From an uncultured Pelagibacteraceae bacterium (GTDB lineage: Bacteria; Pseudomonadota; Alphaproteobacteria; Pelagibacterales; Pelagibacteraceae): a stretch of DNA of 64,000 nt. The DNA lies in assembly GCA_902557995.1 (NCBI GenBank), contig CACECL010000002.1:29091-93090 (forward strand), written 5' to 3'. Each line of letters opens with the position of its first letter. The stretch's first letter is position 1. Position numbers and translations under genes: made by a program. Below are positions 9,551-20,246 of the stretch, in pieces. Under the pieces are notes generated by a model. The model made no database searches, was not told where the DNA came from, and was given only the letters and a program-made list of their open reading frames with translations.

Positions 9551-12393
9551 TAATGCAATCCTTTCAGATCTTTTACTATGTCGTTGAATCCTGTCGCAAG
9601 TGAGGCTTTAATCATTAAATAATCATTATTATTTATATCTTTTCTAATCAATTCAATAATTTGAGAATTGTTTAATAAAATCTTGCCTTTTTTCGCTTTT
9701 GAAATACTTGCAAATATTATAGATGCCATTTTACCTTTAACAAATACCTTATCTATCTTAGTTTGATTAATTATTGGAGCAATAGATTGATGAAGTTTTT
9801 TAGAATGACTACCGAGTTCCAACATGTCACCAATTAGTAGATATTTATTTGATTTTTTGGAATTTATTTTATCAAAATTTTTTATTGCTGATTTTAATGA
9901 TAAAGGATTAGAATTATAACTTTGATCAATTAAATTAATTTTTTTATTATCAATTTTTACTACAGAATGATCTCCTCTTCCTTCAGGAATTTTAAAATTA
10001 AGAAAAATATTTTCGTTAAGTTTAAATATATTTTTATAAATACTGATAACTGCTAAAGCAGAAAGTGTATTGAATATATTGTTTTGAAAATCGTTAGATA
10101 ATACAAAATACCTTTTTTTATTATTTAATCTAATATTAATTCTAAAATTTTTTCCAAAGGGCTGTATATTAATTAATTTAATGTCTGATTTCTGACTTTT
10201 AATTCCAAAAGAAACTACTTTAATTTTATTTTCTATGGCAATTTTTTTATGTAATTGAAAAAAGCTGTCATCTGCATTTAATACAGCATAACCATTAGAT
10301 TTTATATTGTTTATAATTTCAGATTTTGCCAAAGCAATTTGTTTAATATTTTTAAAATTTTTAGCATGTGCATAATTTATATTTGTTATCACACCAACGT
10401 CTGGTTTTATAATTTTAGACAAATAGTCAATTTCTCCTTTTTTATCCATTCCAATTTCTAAAATTCCAAATTCATCATTTTGTTTTAAATTAAATAGACT
10501 TAAAGGAACTCCAAATTTGTTGTTATAAGATTTTGGAGAAATACTTACTTTTGAAATTTTACTTAATACATTACCCAACAATTCTTTAAGTGTAGTTTTG
10601 CCACAACTGCCTGTGATAGCTATAATATTTGTATCAATACTTTTTCTAAAAGTTTTTGAAATTTCTGTTAAGAATTTTAAAGTATTTTTTACTTTAATCT
10701 GTCGACTTTTATTAAATTTATTTTGAATTTTATTTACTACAACTAACGATGCCTTTCTTTTGAATGATTGTGGAACATATTTATTACCGTCATTTTTTTT
10801 TCCTCTAATTGCAAAAAAAATATCATTTTTAGTAACTTCTTGAGAATTAATTCTTGCTGTTTTTAAAGGTATGGAAACAGATAATTTTTTAATTTTAACT
10901 GCTTCTTTAACTACATTTAATTTTATATTATCTGATAAATTATTATTTTTATTCTTAATTGCATTTAGAATTACCTTTCTATCTGAAAAGAAAATTTTCT
11001 TATTTCCAATATCTTGTGTTTTCTCATGGCCTTTCCCGGCAACTAACAAAATATCACCTGAATTCAAATTATTAATAGCTTGTTTTATTGCCATTGCTCT
11101 ATTAGGAATTTCTGTAATTCTCCTTTTTTTAATACCTTTTTTTATATCTCTTCTTATTTTTTGAGGATTTTCAAATCTGGGATTGTCATTTGTAAGAATA
11201 ATACTATCTGAAAAGTCACTAGCTATTTTACCCATTTTTGATCTTTTATTTTGATCCCTATTTCCCCCACAACCGAATAGAACTGTGATTGTTTTATTAG
11301 GAAATTGTTCTCTAAGATTTAAAAGACAAGTTTTAAGAGCATCAGGCGTATGAGCATAATCAAGAATTACTTTTGATTGATTTTTAATTTTACCAATTTT
11401 TTCAAATCTTCCCTCAACTGGTCTTAATTTTGGAATTGTATTTAAAATTTTATTTAAACTAATACCGCTATATTTTGCAACAATTATTGCCATCAAAACA
11501 TTTTTTAGTTGTATTTTTCCAATTAAATTTAAATTTATATCCCTTATTGAGCTATTGAATTTAATTCTAAGAAATTGACCCTCTCCTTTGAAATTATGAG
11601 ATAAAAGCTTTAGATTATTTTTCTCATCATTAAGTGTATGCAATTTTAATTTCTTATTAATTGCAATTTTTTTTATGTTTTTAAACTCAGGTATTAATTG
11701 ATCTGTAATTACATTTCCTCTTTTTTTGATTAGATTTTGAAATAAATAAAGTTTTGCTTTAAAATAATTTTTTAAATTTTTATGATAATCAAGATGATCC
11801 TGGGATAGATTAGTAAATATACCCGAATTAAACTTTAAACCATCTAATCTATTTTGCTTTAAACCATGGCTTGAGGCTTCCATAATTACATTTTCTATTT
11901 TTTGATTTTTTAACTTGCTTAATATTTTAGCCAATTTAATTGGGTCTATTGTGGTATTAGATAAATTCAAATTAATACTTTTTGATTTAACACCTAATGT
12001 GCCAATTGAAGCACCTTTTCTATTATTTAATTTTAATATTTGATAATAAAAATCTGCAACTGATGATTTTCCATTTGTACCAGTAACTGCAATTAAATTT
12101 TTTGGTTTTTTATTATAAATTTTAAAAGCAGTTTCAGCTAATAATTTTCTTACATTTTTTGTATGAATATACAAAATTCCATTTTGGAATTGATTTGTTT
12201 TTCTTTCGGTTACAATTATTTTTGATCCTTTTTTAATTGCTTTAGGTATAAATTTATTACCATCAATACTATTTCCTTTGATTGCAAAAAAAATATTATT
12301 TTTTTTAATATTCTTAGTGTCAAATGAAATTCCTGAGAAAGAAAAATTTTTATAATTTTTATTTACTTTATGAAAGTAGTTTCCTAGAAGCAT
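9550..12393 (-). CDS. murE-murF: Fused MurE-MurF ligase (947 aa)
   Basis: N-half: GTNGKSS, MEASSH, DYAHTPD, DNPR; C-half: GSCGKTT, YNN.FG, SYNSNP, GDMLELG; one uninterrupted ORF. Confidence 0.93.
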   Translation of the reverse strand: MLLGNYFHKVNKNYKNFSFSGISFDTKNIKKNNIFFAIKGNSIDGNKFIPKAIKKGSKIIVTERKTNQFQNGILYIHTKNVRKLLAETAFKIYNKKPKNLIAVTGTNGKSSVADFYYQILKLNNRKGASIGTLGVKSKSINLNLSNTTIDPIKLAKILSKLKNQKIENVIMEASSHGLKQNRLDGLKFNSGIFTNLSQDHLDYHKNLKNYFKAKLYLFQNLIKKRGNVITDQLIPEFKNIKKIAINKKLKLHTLNDEKNNLKLLSHNFKGEGQFLRIKFNSSIRDINLNLIGKIQLKNVLMAIIVAKYSGISLNKILNTIPKLRPVEGRFEKIGKIKNQSKVILDYAHTPDALKTCLLNLREQFPNKTITVLFGCGGNRDQNKRSKMGKIASDFSDSIILTNDNPRFENPQKIRRDIKKGIKKRRITEIPNRAMAIKQAINNLNSGDILLVAGKGHEKTQDIGNKKIFFSDRKVILNAIKNKNNNLSDNIKLNVVKEAVKIKKLSVSIPLKTARINSQEVTKNDIFFAIRGKKNDGNKYVPQSFKRKASLVVVNKIQNKFNKSRQIKVKNTLKFLTEISKTFRKSIDTNIIAITGSCGKTTLKELLGNVLSKISKVSISPKSYNNKFGVPLSLFNLKQNDEFGILEIGMDKKGEIDYLSKIIKPDVGVITNINYAHAKNFKNIKQIALAKSEIINNIKSNGYAVLNADDSFFQLHKKIAIENKIKVVSFGIKSQKSDIKLINIQPFGKNFRINIRLNNKKRYFVLSNDFQNNIFNTLSALAVISIYKNIFKLNENIFLNFKIPEGRGDHSVVKIDNKKINLIDQSYNSNPLSLKSAIKNFDKINSKKSNKYLLIGDMLELGSHSKKLHQSIAPIINQTKIDKVFVKGKMASIIFASISKAKKGKILLNNSQIIELIRKDINNNDYLMIKASLATGFNDIVKDLKGLH

Positions 12394-12395
12394 AA

Positions 12396-14084
12396 TTAAT
12401 TAACTTCTATATATTTTGTGGCTAAAATAGGCCCAATTTTATCTATGACTTTCCCAGCTACCTCTACTGAGGTCCAGCCAGCAGTATTATAAAGTGTGCC
12501 CTTCCACCCTCCTTTTCGATGTCTATACTTATAATAATAATTTTTAGATTTTTTTGGAGTATCTAGCATTACAATAAAAACAAATCTTGGATTTGATGTA
12601 GGAAAAATGGAGGCAAAAGTATTTATTTTTGCCTCAGAATATGCTCCTCCCTCAGGTTGATCAGCAGTTCCTGTTTTTCCACCAATTTCATAATTTTGAA
12701 CATCTGCAAATTTAGCTGTCCCTTCCTCAGTATTTACAATTTTTCTTAAAGCGCTAACAACTTGTTCTGAAATACCCCTTTTTAATATTCTTTTATTTTT
12801 TTTATTCAAATTATTTTCTTTATAAATTAATGTTGGCTTAATTTCATATCCACCATTTGATAAAACAGAATAACCTTTTGCTAATTGAAGAATTGTAGTT
12901 GCTATTCCATGTCCGAAAGAAGCTGTAGCCAATCTGCATTTTCCAAAATCATAATTTTTTTGAGGAGCAACTTCTTCAATATCAAAATCAATATCACTTA
13001 ACACGCCAACTTTTTCTAAAAATAATTTAAATTTTTCTGGGCCAATTTTTTGAGCAATTCTGACAGATCCTATATTTCCAGATCTAACTAAAATTTGCTC
13101 TGCAGTTAAATCTGATGGTATTTCATTGTCGTACTCACCTATTCTGTATTTGTCACATTTAATTGATTTAGGTAAATCTAAAAATTCAGTCTCGGGTTTA
13201 ATTACCTTTTCATTTAAGGCGCTAGCAAAAGTAAATGTTTTAAACACAGAGCCGAGTTCATATGTTCCTTTAGTTACCCTGTTAATATAATTTACATCTG
13301 AAATATTTTGTCTTTCATTTGGATTAAAATCAGGCAAAGAAACTAATGATAAAATATTGCCATTATCAACATCCATTAAAATGGCTGCACTACCTTTGCT
13401 TTTAAAAATTTCCTGATATTTAATTAATTCTTTTCTTATTAAAAACTGAATATCCTTATCTAGAGTAAGTCTAATGGGTTTTTTTGATTGTCTAAGTTCC
13501 TCATTCAATGATTTTTCCAATCCAGAAATACCGTTATTATCATCATCTATCTGACCCAAAACATGACTAAAAAGATTTTTTTGTGGGTATATTCTTAAAA
13601 CTCTTTCTTCTGGGACTAAAGATTTATCCCCTAGTTTCATTATTTTTTCATAATTTTCCTCTGAAATTTTCTTCTCTAAATAAAAAAATTTCTTAATTTT
13701 AATTTTTTTTTTAATTTCATTAAAATTTTTATCAGGAAAAATAATATTTAAATTAAGAAGTAATTTTTTTTCATTGATTATATCTTGAGTTCTTAAACCA
13801 ATATCAATCGATTTGACAGTCTTTGCTAAATAATTTCCATTTACATCCATGATGTCTGCTCGATAAAGATGATTTTTAAATGTAGGAAAATTATTTATTT
13901 TTTCTAATTTACTCTTTCGTGAACCTAAATGAACCAGGTGTATTGCATAAATCAAATAGATAATAAAAAAAACAAAGAAAATAAAAGCTACACGATTAAA
14001 TTGAATATTTAATCCATTCTCTTTTTTTTTAAATATAAAATCACTTTTGTAGTCTTCTATTATTAATTTTGATTTATCAGCCAT
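12396..14084 (-). CDS. ftsI: Class B penicillin-binding protein (PBP3)
   Basis: SVFK (SxxK), SGN (SxN) and KTGT motifs; N-terminal TM; dcw position. Confidence 0.93.
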   Translation of the reverse strand: MADKSKLIIEDYKSDFIFKKKENGLNIQFNRVAFIFFVFFIIYLIYAIHLVHLGSRKSKLEKINNFPTFKNHLYRADIMDVNGNYLAKTVKSIDIGLRTQDIINEKKLLLNLNIIFPDKNFNEIKKKIKIKKFFYLEKKISEENYEKIMKLGDKSLVPEERVLRIYPQKNLFSHVLGQIDDDNNGISGLEKSLNEELRQSKKPIRLTLDKDIQFLIRKELIKYQEIFKSKGSAAILMDVDNGNILSLVSLPDFNPNERQNISDVNYINRVTKGTYELGSVFKTFTFASALNEKVIKPETEFLDLPKSIKCDKYRIGEYDNEIPSDLTAEQILVRSGNIGSVRIAQKIGPEKFKLFLEKVGVLSDIDFDIEEVAPQKNYDFGKCRLATASFGHGIATTILQLAKGYSVLSNGGYEIKPTLIYKENNLNKKNKRILKRGISEQVVSALRKIVNTEEGTAKFADVQNYEIGGKTGTADQPEGGAYSEAKINTFASIFPTSNPRFVFIVMLDTPKKSKNYYYKYRHRKGGWKGTLYNTAGWTSVEVAGKVIDKIGPILATKYIEVN

Positions 14085-14389
14085 TACTCTTTAATAATTT
14101 TAAAATTTTGGAATTTATTTTTATCATCTGAAATATTATAGATTTTTATGTCGTTTATATTTTTTTGAATTAAATCATTCTCAAAATACTGAGATTGATA
14201 TTCAAGTAATCTTTCTGCAGAACTTAAATAATCATACTCCAAGGATACATTTTCAAATTCAGACCTTAAAACTCTAATATTCTCTTTTGCGGTAAATATT
14301 TCATCTTCAATATGTTTAGTTGTATTTTTTATTATTGCAGTTGATAATACTAAAAAAAAAATAACTACTGCTAAAGCAAATTTTTTCAA
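14084..14389 (-). CDS. ftsL: Cell division protein FtsL
   Basis: Short bitopic coiled-coil protein ([11 protein letters not shown]) between rsmH and ftsI. Confidence 0.75.
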   Translation of the reverse strand: MKKFALAVVIFFLVLSTAIIKNTTKHIEDEIFTAKENIRVLRSEFENVSLEYDYLSSAERLLEYQSQYFENDLIQKNINDIKIYNISDDKNKFQNFKIIKE

Positions 14390-15396
14390 AGTTTATCTCC
14401 GTAATTTTCAATTTCCATGTAATTTCTGAATTGCTCCTCTATATCAGTATCAAAATTGTAAAAATCACTTTTTTTTATTACATATCTAAATTTAGCAGAT
14501 CTAGATGGTGGATTTTCGCTTACCTCTTCATCCGAAGGAGTTATTGGTTTTTTTTGAATTAAATTAAATAATGTTTCTGCTTGTTTTGCTACAGGGCTGT
14601 ATCGTGAAATACTTTTATTTTCAGAAAGACTTTTAAAAAAATATTTTACTATTTTATCCTCTAAAGAGTGAAATGTAACTACCCCTAGAACACCACCTTT
14701 TTTTAAAACTTTAGCGGCATTAATAAGTCCAAAAATTAATTCACTTATCTCTTTATTTACAAATATTCTAAGGGCCTGAAAAACTTTAGTTGCATTATGA
14801 ACTTTAAAATTTTTTCTTTTTTTTGATTTATCAATGATTTCAACCAAAACTTTAGTATCAATTATATTTTTAGATCTTTCTTTTATAATATTACGTGCAA
14901 TGTATTTTGCTTCATTTTCATCTCCAAAAAATTTGAAAATTTTTTCTAATTCTTTTTCTTCTAGTTTATTTATTGCATCTTGTGCTGAATAACTGTTTAA
15001 TCCCAGTTGCATATTTAAATTACCGTCAGAATCGAATGATAATCCTTTTTGTGGATCTTTTATTTGAGTATAGGAATAACCAAGATCAAAAATTACACCT
15101 TTTATGTTTTCATTTTTAAGCTTTAAATTATTTAATTGACTAAATTTAATATTTTTAAAAATAAATCTATCTTCAAAATTTTGCTTTAATTGATTAGCAA
15201 TTTTTTCACTTTCCTTATCTCTATCGAGAGCTATTACTTTTGTATTTTCAAAATCTAAAATTTTTTTGGAATAACCACCTTGACCGAAAGTACAATCAAT
15301 AAATGTGCCACCATGTCGAGGGGAAATAACGCTAATAATTTCTTTTAGCAGTACCGGATAATGCTTTTGTATTTTCGGTACTATGGTGGCGTCCAT
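14386..15396 (-). CDS. rsmH: 16S rRNA m4C1402 methyltransferase
   Basis: H.PVLL.E, DCTFG.GG, DLG.S, FQALRI.VN.E, FHSLED, NP.SRSAK motifs. Confidence 0.97.
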   Translation of the reverse strand: MDATIVPKIQKHYPVLLKEIISVISPRHGGTFIDCTFGQGGYSKKILDFENTKVIALDRDKESEKIANQLKQNFEDRFIFKNIKFSQLNNLKLKNENIKGVIFDLGYSYTQIKDPQKGLSFDSDGNLNMQLGLNSYSAQDAINKLEEKELEKIFKFFGDENEAKYIARNIIKERSKNIIDTKVLVEIIDKSKKRKNFKVHNATKVFQALRIFVNKEISELIFGLINAAKVLKKGGVLGVVTFHSLEDKIVKYFFKSLSENKSISRYSPVAKQAETLFNLIQKKPITPSDEEVSENPPSRSAKFRYVIKKSDFYNFDTDIEEQFRNYMEIENYGDKL

Positions 15397-15414
15397 TTAT
15401 TTCTTGGAAGACCA

Positions 15415-16896
15415 TTAATTTTTTTGTCTTCTTAAAAATGCAGGTATCTCAAGATCATCTTCTTCTTCATGGTCAGAAGATAAAAGTTCATCTGAACTTG
15501 AGGTTTCGGTTTCTGAACTGAATAAATCCGGCGCATCAGAATCCACTCCGAATTCTTTAAGATCATTAGAAAACTCTTCATCATTATTGTTCTCTTGGGT
15601 TTCTTCATGATTAGTTTCTAAAGCCTCTTGTGCAAAAGATTTTTCCATTTTATTAACTGAATTATCTTCAACTATACTTTCACTTTCCATGCTAGTATTT
15701 TGAACATCTTCTTCCTTTATCATTTGGTTATGAGAGCTTTCAGTTTGTTGTTCTTGGATAATCTCATTTTCAAGCTTTAAAGCATTGGCACCATGTGTAA
15801 TAGGGTTTGATGCTGTTGTATTTGAAAAATTAAAAGATTGAGACGATCCCATGTTCGAAAAATCAGAATAACCTGGATTACGATTTTGAATTCGATGAAC
15901 CATATTTACTACTGATTTTGATTCTGGTTGCTGGCCATCTAAAGAAGTAGCAACGATTGATACTCTCATTTTTCCATCTAGCTCTGTATCCGTGATTGCG
16001 CCAATAATTAATTCTGCTTCAGGATCAACTTCTGCTCTAACTTTATTTACCGCCTCATCAACTTCAAAAAGTTTAAGATCTTTGCCACCAGTAATATTTA
16101 CTAGTAATCCTTTTGCACCTTTTAAAGTATAGTCATCAATTAATGGATTGCTAATTGCCATCTCGGCTGCTTTTAGGGCTCTACCTTCTCCCTCAGCTTC
16201 ACCAGTACCCATCATGGCTTTGCCCATTGCTGCCATTACGGTTTCAACATCAGCAAAATCTAAATTGATTAAGCCAGGTCTGACCATTAAATCGGTTATA
16301 CTTTGAACACCATGCATTAAAACATTATTTGAAAGATTAAAAGACTCTTCAAATGTTGTTTGTTCATTTGCTATTTTGAATAGGTTTTGATTTGGGATAA
16401 CAATTATTGTATCAACATGTTTTCTTAATTCTTCCAAACCTTGTTGTGCTCTTCTCATTCTAGAGGGGCCTTCATATAAAAATGGAAGAGTCACAACACC
16501 TACAGTTAAGATATTTAATTCTTTAGCGGCTCTTGCAATGACATGAGCAGCACCAGTACCTGTTCCACCACCCATACCAGCTGCAATAAAAACCATGTTT
16601 GCACCTTGAAGTGTGTTTACAATTTCATTTAAAGATTCGTCTGCTGCGGCTTGCCCTATATCAAGTTTTGCACCTGCTCCTAAACCTTTTGTTAAATTTA
16701 AACCAATTTGAATTCTTGTTTTTGCTTTACTAAGCTTCAAATCTTGAGCGTCAGTATTTACTGCAATAAATTCTACACCTTGTAGATTATTTTCTATCAT
16801 TTCGTTAATTGCATTTCCGCCAGCTCCACCAACTCCTAAAACTAGTAGTCGTGGCTGTAGCTCTTTTATCTCTGGTGCTTTGAAATTAATTGTCAT
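15415..16896 (-). CDS. ftsZ: Cell division protein FtsZ with long acidic linker
   Basis: GGGTGTG tubulin signature, NLDFAD, C-terminal [10 protein letters not shown]. Confidence 0.99.
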   Translation of the reverse strand: MTINFKAPEIKELQPRLLVLGVGGAGGNAINEMIENNLQGVEFIAVNTDAQDLKLSKAKTRIQIGLNLTKGLGAGAKLDIGQAAADESLNEIVNTLQGANMVFIAAGMGGGTGTGAAHVIARAAKELNILTVGVVTLPFLYEGPSRMRRAQQGLEELRKHVDTIIVIPNQNLFKIANEQTTFEESFNLSNNVLMHGVQSITDLMVRPGLINLDFADVETVMAAMGKAMMGTGEAEGEGRALKAAEMAISNPLIDDYTLKGAKGLLVNITGGKDLKLFEVDEAVNKVRAEVDPEAELIIGAITDTELDGKMRVSIVATSLDGQQPESKSVVNMVHRIQNRNPGYSDFSNMGSSQSFNFSNTTASNPITHGANALKLENEIIQEQQTESSHNQMIKEEDVQNTSMESESIVEDNSVNKMEKSFAQEALETNHEETQENNNDEEFSNDLKEFGVDSDAPDLFSSETETSSSDELLSSDHEEEDDLEIPAFLRRQKN

Positions 16897-16921
16897 CTTT
16901 TATCCCCTATTGTTTGTTGTG

Positions 16922-17365
16922 TTAAAGCTCCCATCTAAGATTACCACGATTAATATTTGCTTTTTTTCTCGCTGTTATCTTAAATTTTTCAAATGCTGTT
17001 GGTTCCCATATTTGAAACGTTTGTCCTTGACCAACAAACAACATACTATTTTTTATTTTTGCATGTTTTAATAATTTTGATGAAAGTGAAATTCTGCCCT
17101 CACTGTCAAATTGTAAATTTATACTTTCTGCTAATATTGATGTTGCAAAGTAATCTCTTTTTTCTTCAAAAGGATTTAAAGAATCAATTGCTGAAGAAAT
17201 TTTTTCAATTCTATCTTGAGAACACGCTTCTATAGATGAGTTATTGAATGATGGATAACAAATAACACCATTGTAACCTAAGTTAGATAAATGTGACCTA
17301 AAACTAGCTGGCACAGATACTCTCCCTTTTTTGTCTAATTTGTTTTCGTATGTTGATAAAAACAT
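16922..17365 (-). CDS. mraZ: Transcriptional repressor MraZ
   Basis: DKKGRVSVPA and D.EGRI repeats, F.IW.P. Confidence 0.95.
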   Translation of the reverse strand: MFLSTYENKLDKKGRVSVPASFRSHLSNLGYNGVICYPSFNNSSIEACSQDRIEKISSAIDSLNPFEEKRDYFATSILAESINLQFDSEGRISLSSKLLKHAKIKNSMLFVGQGQTFQIWEPTAFEKFKITARKKANINRGNLRWEL

Positions 17366-17383
17366 AAAACATAAATTCCTTTA

Positions 17384-17438
17384 TTCCCATATAAATGGGA
17401 ATTTATGGGATATTATGGGTTTTACTATTAGACGTCAA
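17384..17438 (-). promoter_or_regulatory. dcw promoter (TTGACG-N17-TAATAT) overlapped by MraZ-box-like TGGG repeats
   Basis: Minus-strand -35 at 17438-17433 and -10 at 17415-17410; plus-strand ATGGG at 17395, 17405, 17415 (10-bp period) and an inverted copy at 17385-17390. Confidence 0.7.
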
Positions 17439-17545
17439 TACCTATTATTTAAATACTATTATTGTTTTAGTAATAAAGAAAATAGACACTTATACTTTAA
17501 AACGAGAACAAACTAAGAAACTTGTATTGATATTTTGATTTAAGG

Positions 17546-17900
17546 TGCCAGATAAACTATAAGCCGGGTTCTGTCATTTAAACCTATCATTTGTCTAGGC
17601 TTGAGATCACTCTCTAGCTCAAGCAACTAACCCTGATGACTAGCCAAGGACGGCTTTTAGTTTTTCAACAATGTCATCTCTACTTAGTCTTGCTCCCAGT
17701 GGGGTTTTCCAGCGTTCATTGTTACCAATAGAACCGGTGTGCTCTTACCACACCTTTTCACCCTTGCCATGTTATGGCGGTTTATTTTCTGTGGCACTAT
17801 CCCTAGGGTTTCCCCCGCCAGGTATTACCTGGCACTGTGTCCTTGTAGAGCCCGGACTTTCCTCTTTAAAAAATTAAAGCGATAAGTCATTTATCTGGCA
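17546..17900 (-). ncRNA. rnpB: RNase P RNA (type A)
   Basis: Minus strand has GAGGAAAGTCCGGGCTC near the 5' end and ACAGAACCCGGCTTA near the 3' end; termini pair as P1 (TGCCAGATAAA/TTTATCTGGCA). Confidence 0.96.
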
Positions 17901-17930
17901 GAGAATAATTTATAATTAAATTTTAAAATT

Positions 17931-18671
17931 TCAAGATAATTCATATAACTTTTTCAATAAATTTTTGCTAATTAATAAGCATTCTAGATCGATAACACCA
18001 TTTACTAAATCTTGCCTGAATCTTCTTTGAAAAGCACTTGTTATAAATTTTGTAGATTTATTTTCAGTAATATTTTTAATTTTTTTATAACCAATTTTAT
18101 GTAAATTTTTAATAAAATTTATTTTTTCTTTTTTATCTACATCTATATTTCTTTTACTTAAAAGATAATTTTGATTTAGTCCATGCCAATAACCAATTTT
18201 TTTTTTTGATAAATATTTCCAAGGAAATTTTTCTCCTGGATCAATTTTTCTATTTGGTGCAATATCTGAGTGACCTAAAATGCAAGCTGGTTTGATTTTA
18301 TATTTTTTTATTAATAATTTACTCAATTTACATACCGATTTAATTTGTTTATTGGAAAATTTTATATAACGGTAATTATGTCCTGGATTACTTATCTCTA
18401 TTCCTATTGAGTGTTTGTTTAATGATTTATATTTTTTCCACTTTGAAATTCCAGCATGCCAAGCTGTGTATAAATCTGGAACTAGGGTCAATATTTCACC
18501 ATTTTTTTTTATAAAATAATGACTACTAACTTTTGATTTAGTTTCTGTTAATCTTTTGATTGCATCTAGCTCTTTTTTTATTCCTGTATAATGAAAAATA
18601 ATAAATTTTATTTTAATTTTTTTTCTTTTTTTTGGATCAAAATTAGGTGAGTAATTCAAAGTTGTATTCAT
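17931..18671 (-). CDS. N-acetylmuramoyl-L-alanine amidase (Amidase_2, AmpD/AmiD-like) with C-terminal PG-binding-like domain
   Basis: HYT, SSHY, AWHAG, SIGIE, GHSDIAP.RK.DPG, AFQRRFR motifs. Confidence 0.92.
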   Translation of the reverse strand: MNTTLNYSPNFDPKKRKKIKIKFIIFHYTGIKKELDAIKRLTETKSKVSSHYFIKKNGEILTLVPDLYTAWHAGISKWKKYKSLNKHSIGIEISNPGHNYRYIKFSNKQIKSVCKLSKLLIKKYKIKPACILGHSDIAPNRKIDPGEKFPWKYLSKKKIGYWHGLNQNYLLSKRNIDVDKKEKINFIKNLHKIGYKKIKNITENKSTKFITSAFQRRFRQDLVNGVIDLECLLISKNLLKKLYELS

Positions 18672-18776
18672 AGGTATTATAGGTATAAATTTAGACCATT
18701 TATTAACACTTTATAGACATCATTTTAAATTAAATGCTATCTTACAATAAATAATGAAATAATGTATAATTTAAGT

Positions 18777-19574
18777 ATGTTTAAAAAATTTACTGTTTTA
18801 ATTGTTACTATTTTTTTTATTACAATAAATGCTTATGCAGGATCAACTGGCGAGCTGGAGCTTAATAAGAATGAACCAAAAGAAATTAAAGATTGTTTTG
18901 AAAAATTAAACAGAGCAACATTTTCATTTAATCAAGGACTTGATAAAGCTATTATAAAACCAATTGCAAAAGGTTATAGAAGTCTACCAGATCCAATTCA
19001 GAAAGGAACAAGTAATGCAGTCAGAAATTTATCTAATCTTATAACAATACCTAACAATGTTTTGCAAGGTGATATTAAAATGGCAGTTATAAATACTGGA
19101 AGATTAGTTATAAACACAACAGTCGGTATTTTAGGAACCATTGATGTTGCTAACAAAATGGGTTTTCCTAAATATGAAATGGAAGATTATGGTCAAACTT
19201 TAGGTGCTTGGGGTGTGGGTCCAGGTTGTTACCTAGTAGTTCCGGTTTTAGGTCCTTCCAATTTAAGAGATACTGCTGGATCTTTTATTAATGTAATGGG
19301 TGGAGATCCCTGGTATAATGTATCAGCACATGGGAACAACGAATTTCTTAGCCAAGATATTTATATGATATCTAAAGCTTTAAGTGGTATTGATTTTAGA
19401 GCAAACAACATTGAGTCATTAGATAACCTAGAAAAAAATTCTATAGATTTCTATGCTTCTGTAAAAAGTTTATATACCCAGGATAGAGAAAATAAAATTA
19501 AGAATAATCAAAGAGGCAATATAGAGGTCCTTTACAAAGATGAAACGGACTGGGAAGAAATAGATAAAAAATAG
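18777..19574 (+). CDS. mlaA: MlaA/VacJ family outer-membrane lipid asymmetry protein
   Basis: E..NR..F.FN..LD, R..INTT.G..G, EDYGQTLG.WG..PG.Y...P.LGPS..RD; start at MFKK chosen (ORF track gives 18762). Confidence 0.9.
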   Translation: MFKKFTVLIVTIFFITINAYAGSTGELELNKNEPKEIKDCFEKLNRATFSFNQGLDKAIIKPIAKGYRSLPDPIQKGTSNAVRNLSNLITIPNNVLQGDIKMAVINTGRLVINTTVGILGTIDVANKMGFPKYEMEDYGQTLGAWGVGPGCYLVVPVLGPSNLRDTAGSFINVMGGDPWYNVSAHGNNEFLSQDIYMISKALSGIDFRANNIESLDNLEKNSIDFYASVKSLYTQDRENKIKNNQRGNIEVLYKDETDWEEIDKK

Positions 19575-19589
19575 TTCCACACATACCCT

Positions 19590-20177
19590 ATGAATTTAAA
19601 AAGAATTTTTATAATTTTATTATTATTTAATTTTAATAGTGCTCATGTTTATTCTATGGCACCTGATGTTTTTATTCAATCTACGGTTAATAGGGCTTCC
19701 CAAACATTATCAGAAAATATCTCAAAAGATGAAAAAATATATCAATTAAAGATAATTGCCAAAGAAACTGTAGATATTAAAGGAGTAGGTTTTTATTCCT
19801 TAGGATCAATAAGAAATAAATTAAATGAAGCTGATAAGAAAAAATATTCTGAACTTTTTGAACTATATTTTCTAAAAAGTTTTTCTAGTAGATTGTCAGA
19901 ATACACAAATCCAAAAATTGAAGTTCAAGGAAAAAAGAGATTGAATGAAAACTACACAATTGTTAATAGCAAATTAATTGCCACATCTGATAGACCTGAA
20001 GTAAAAATTGATTGGAGAGTTTATACAAAGAATTCCAATAATCCTTTAATTAGAGACTTAATTATCGAAGGACTTAGTTTGGCAAGAACTCAGAAAGAGG
20101 AATTTGCTTCGATTTTAAATTCTAATAATAATGATATAAATGCGTTATTTAAAGCGTTAGAAGATTTTTCTAAATAA
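19590..20177 (+). CDS. mlaC: MlaC/Ttg2D periplasmic phospholipid-binding protein
   Basis: Signal peptide; I.D..IEG.SL..T...EF motif; follows mlaA. Confidence 0.88.
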   Translation: MNLKRIFIILLLFNFNSAHVYSMAPDVFIQSTVNRASQTLSENISKDEKIYQLKIIAKETVDIKGVGFYSLGSIRNKLNEADKKKYSELFELYFLKSFSSRLSEYTNPKIEVQGKKRLNENYTIVNSKLIATSDRPEVKIDWRVYTKNSNNPLIRDLIIEGLSLARTQKEEFASILNSNNNDINALFKALEDFSK

Positions 20178-20201
20178 CAAATTTATACAATTTGGTAATA
20201 A

Positions 20202-20246
20202 TGTTGGGCCCGCCAGGACTCGAATCTGAGACCAATACATTATGAG
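20202..20246 (-). repeat. att-like duplicate of the tRNA-Ile2 3' half
   Basis: 42/45 identity to 21383-21427; the exact match stops at the anticodon loop (CTCATAA). Confidence 0.92.

Noticed and set aside
17506-17520. GAAC-N7-GAAA, similar to the alphaproteobacterial LexA box
   Set aside because: One mismatch in an 8-base motif, about 70 bp from the predicted promoter, in A-rich DNA; no similar box upstream of uvrB
17671-17877. 68-aa plus-strand ORF in a GC-richer patch
   Set aside because: It is antisense to rnpB, which explains the GC content
20202-20246. A fourth tRNA gene
   Set aside because: Only the 3' half is present, with a damaged CCA and T-stem; interpreted as an att repeat
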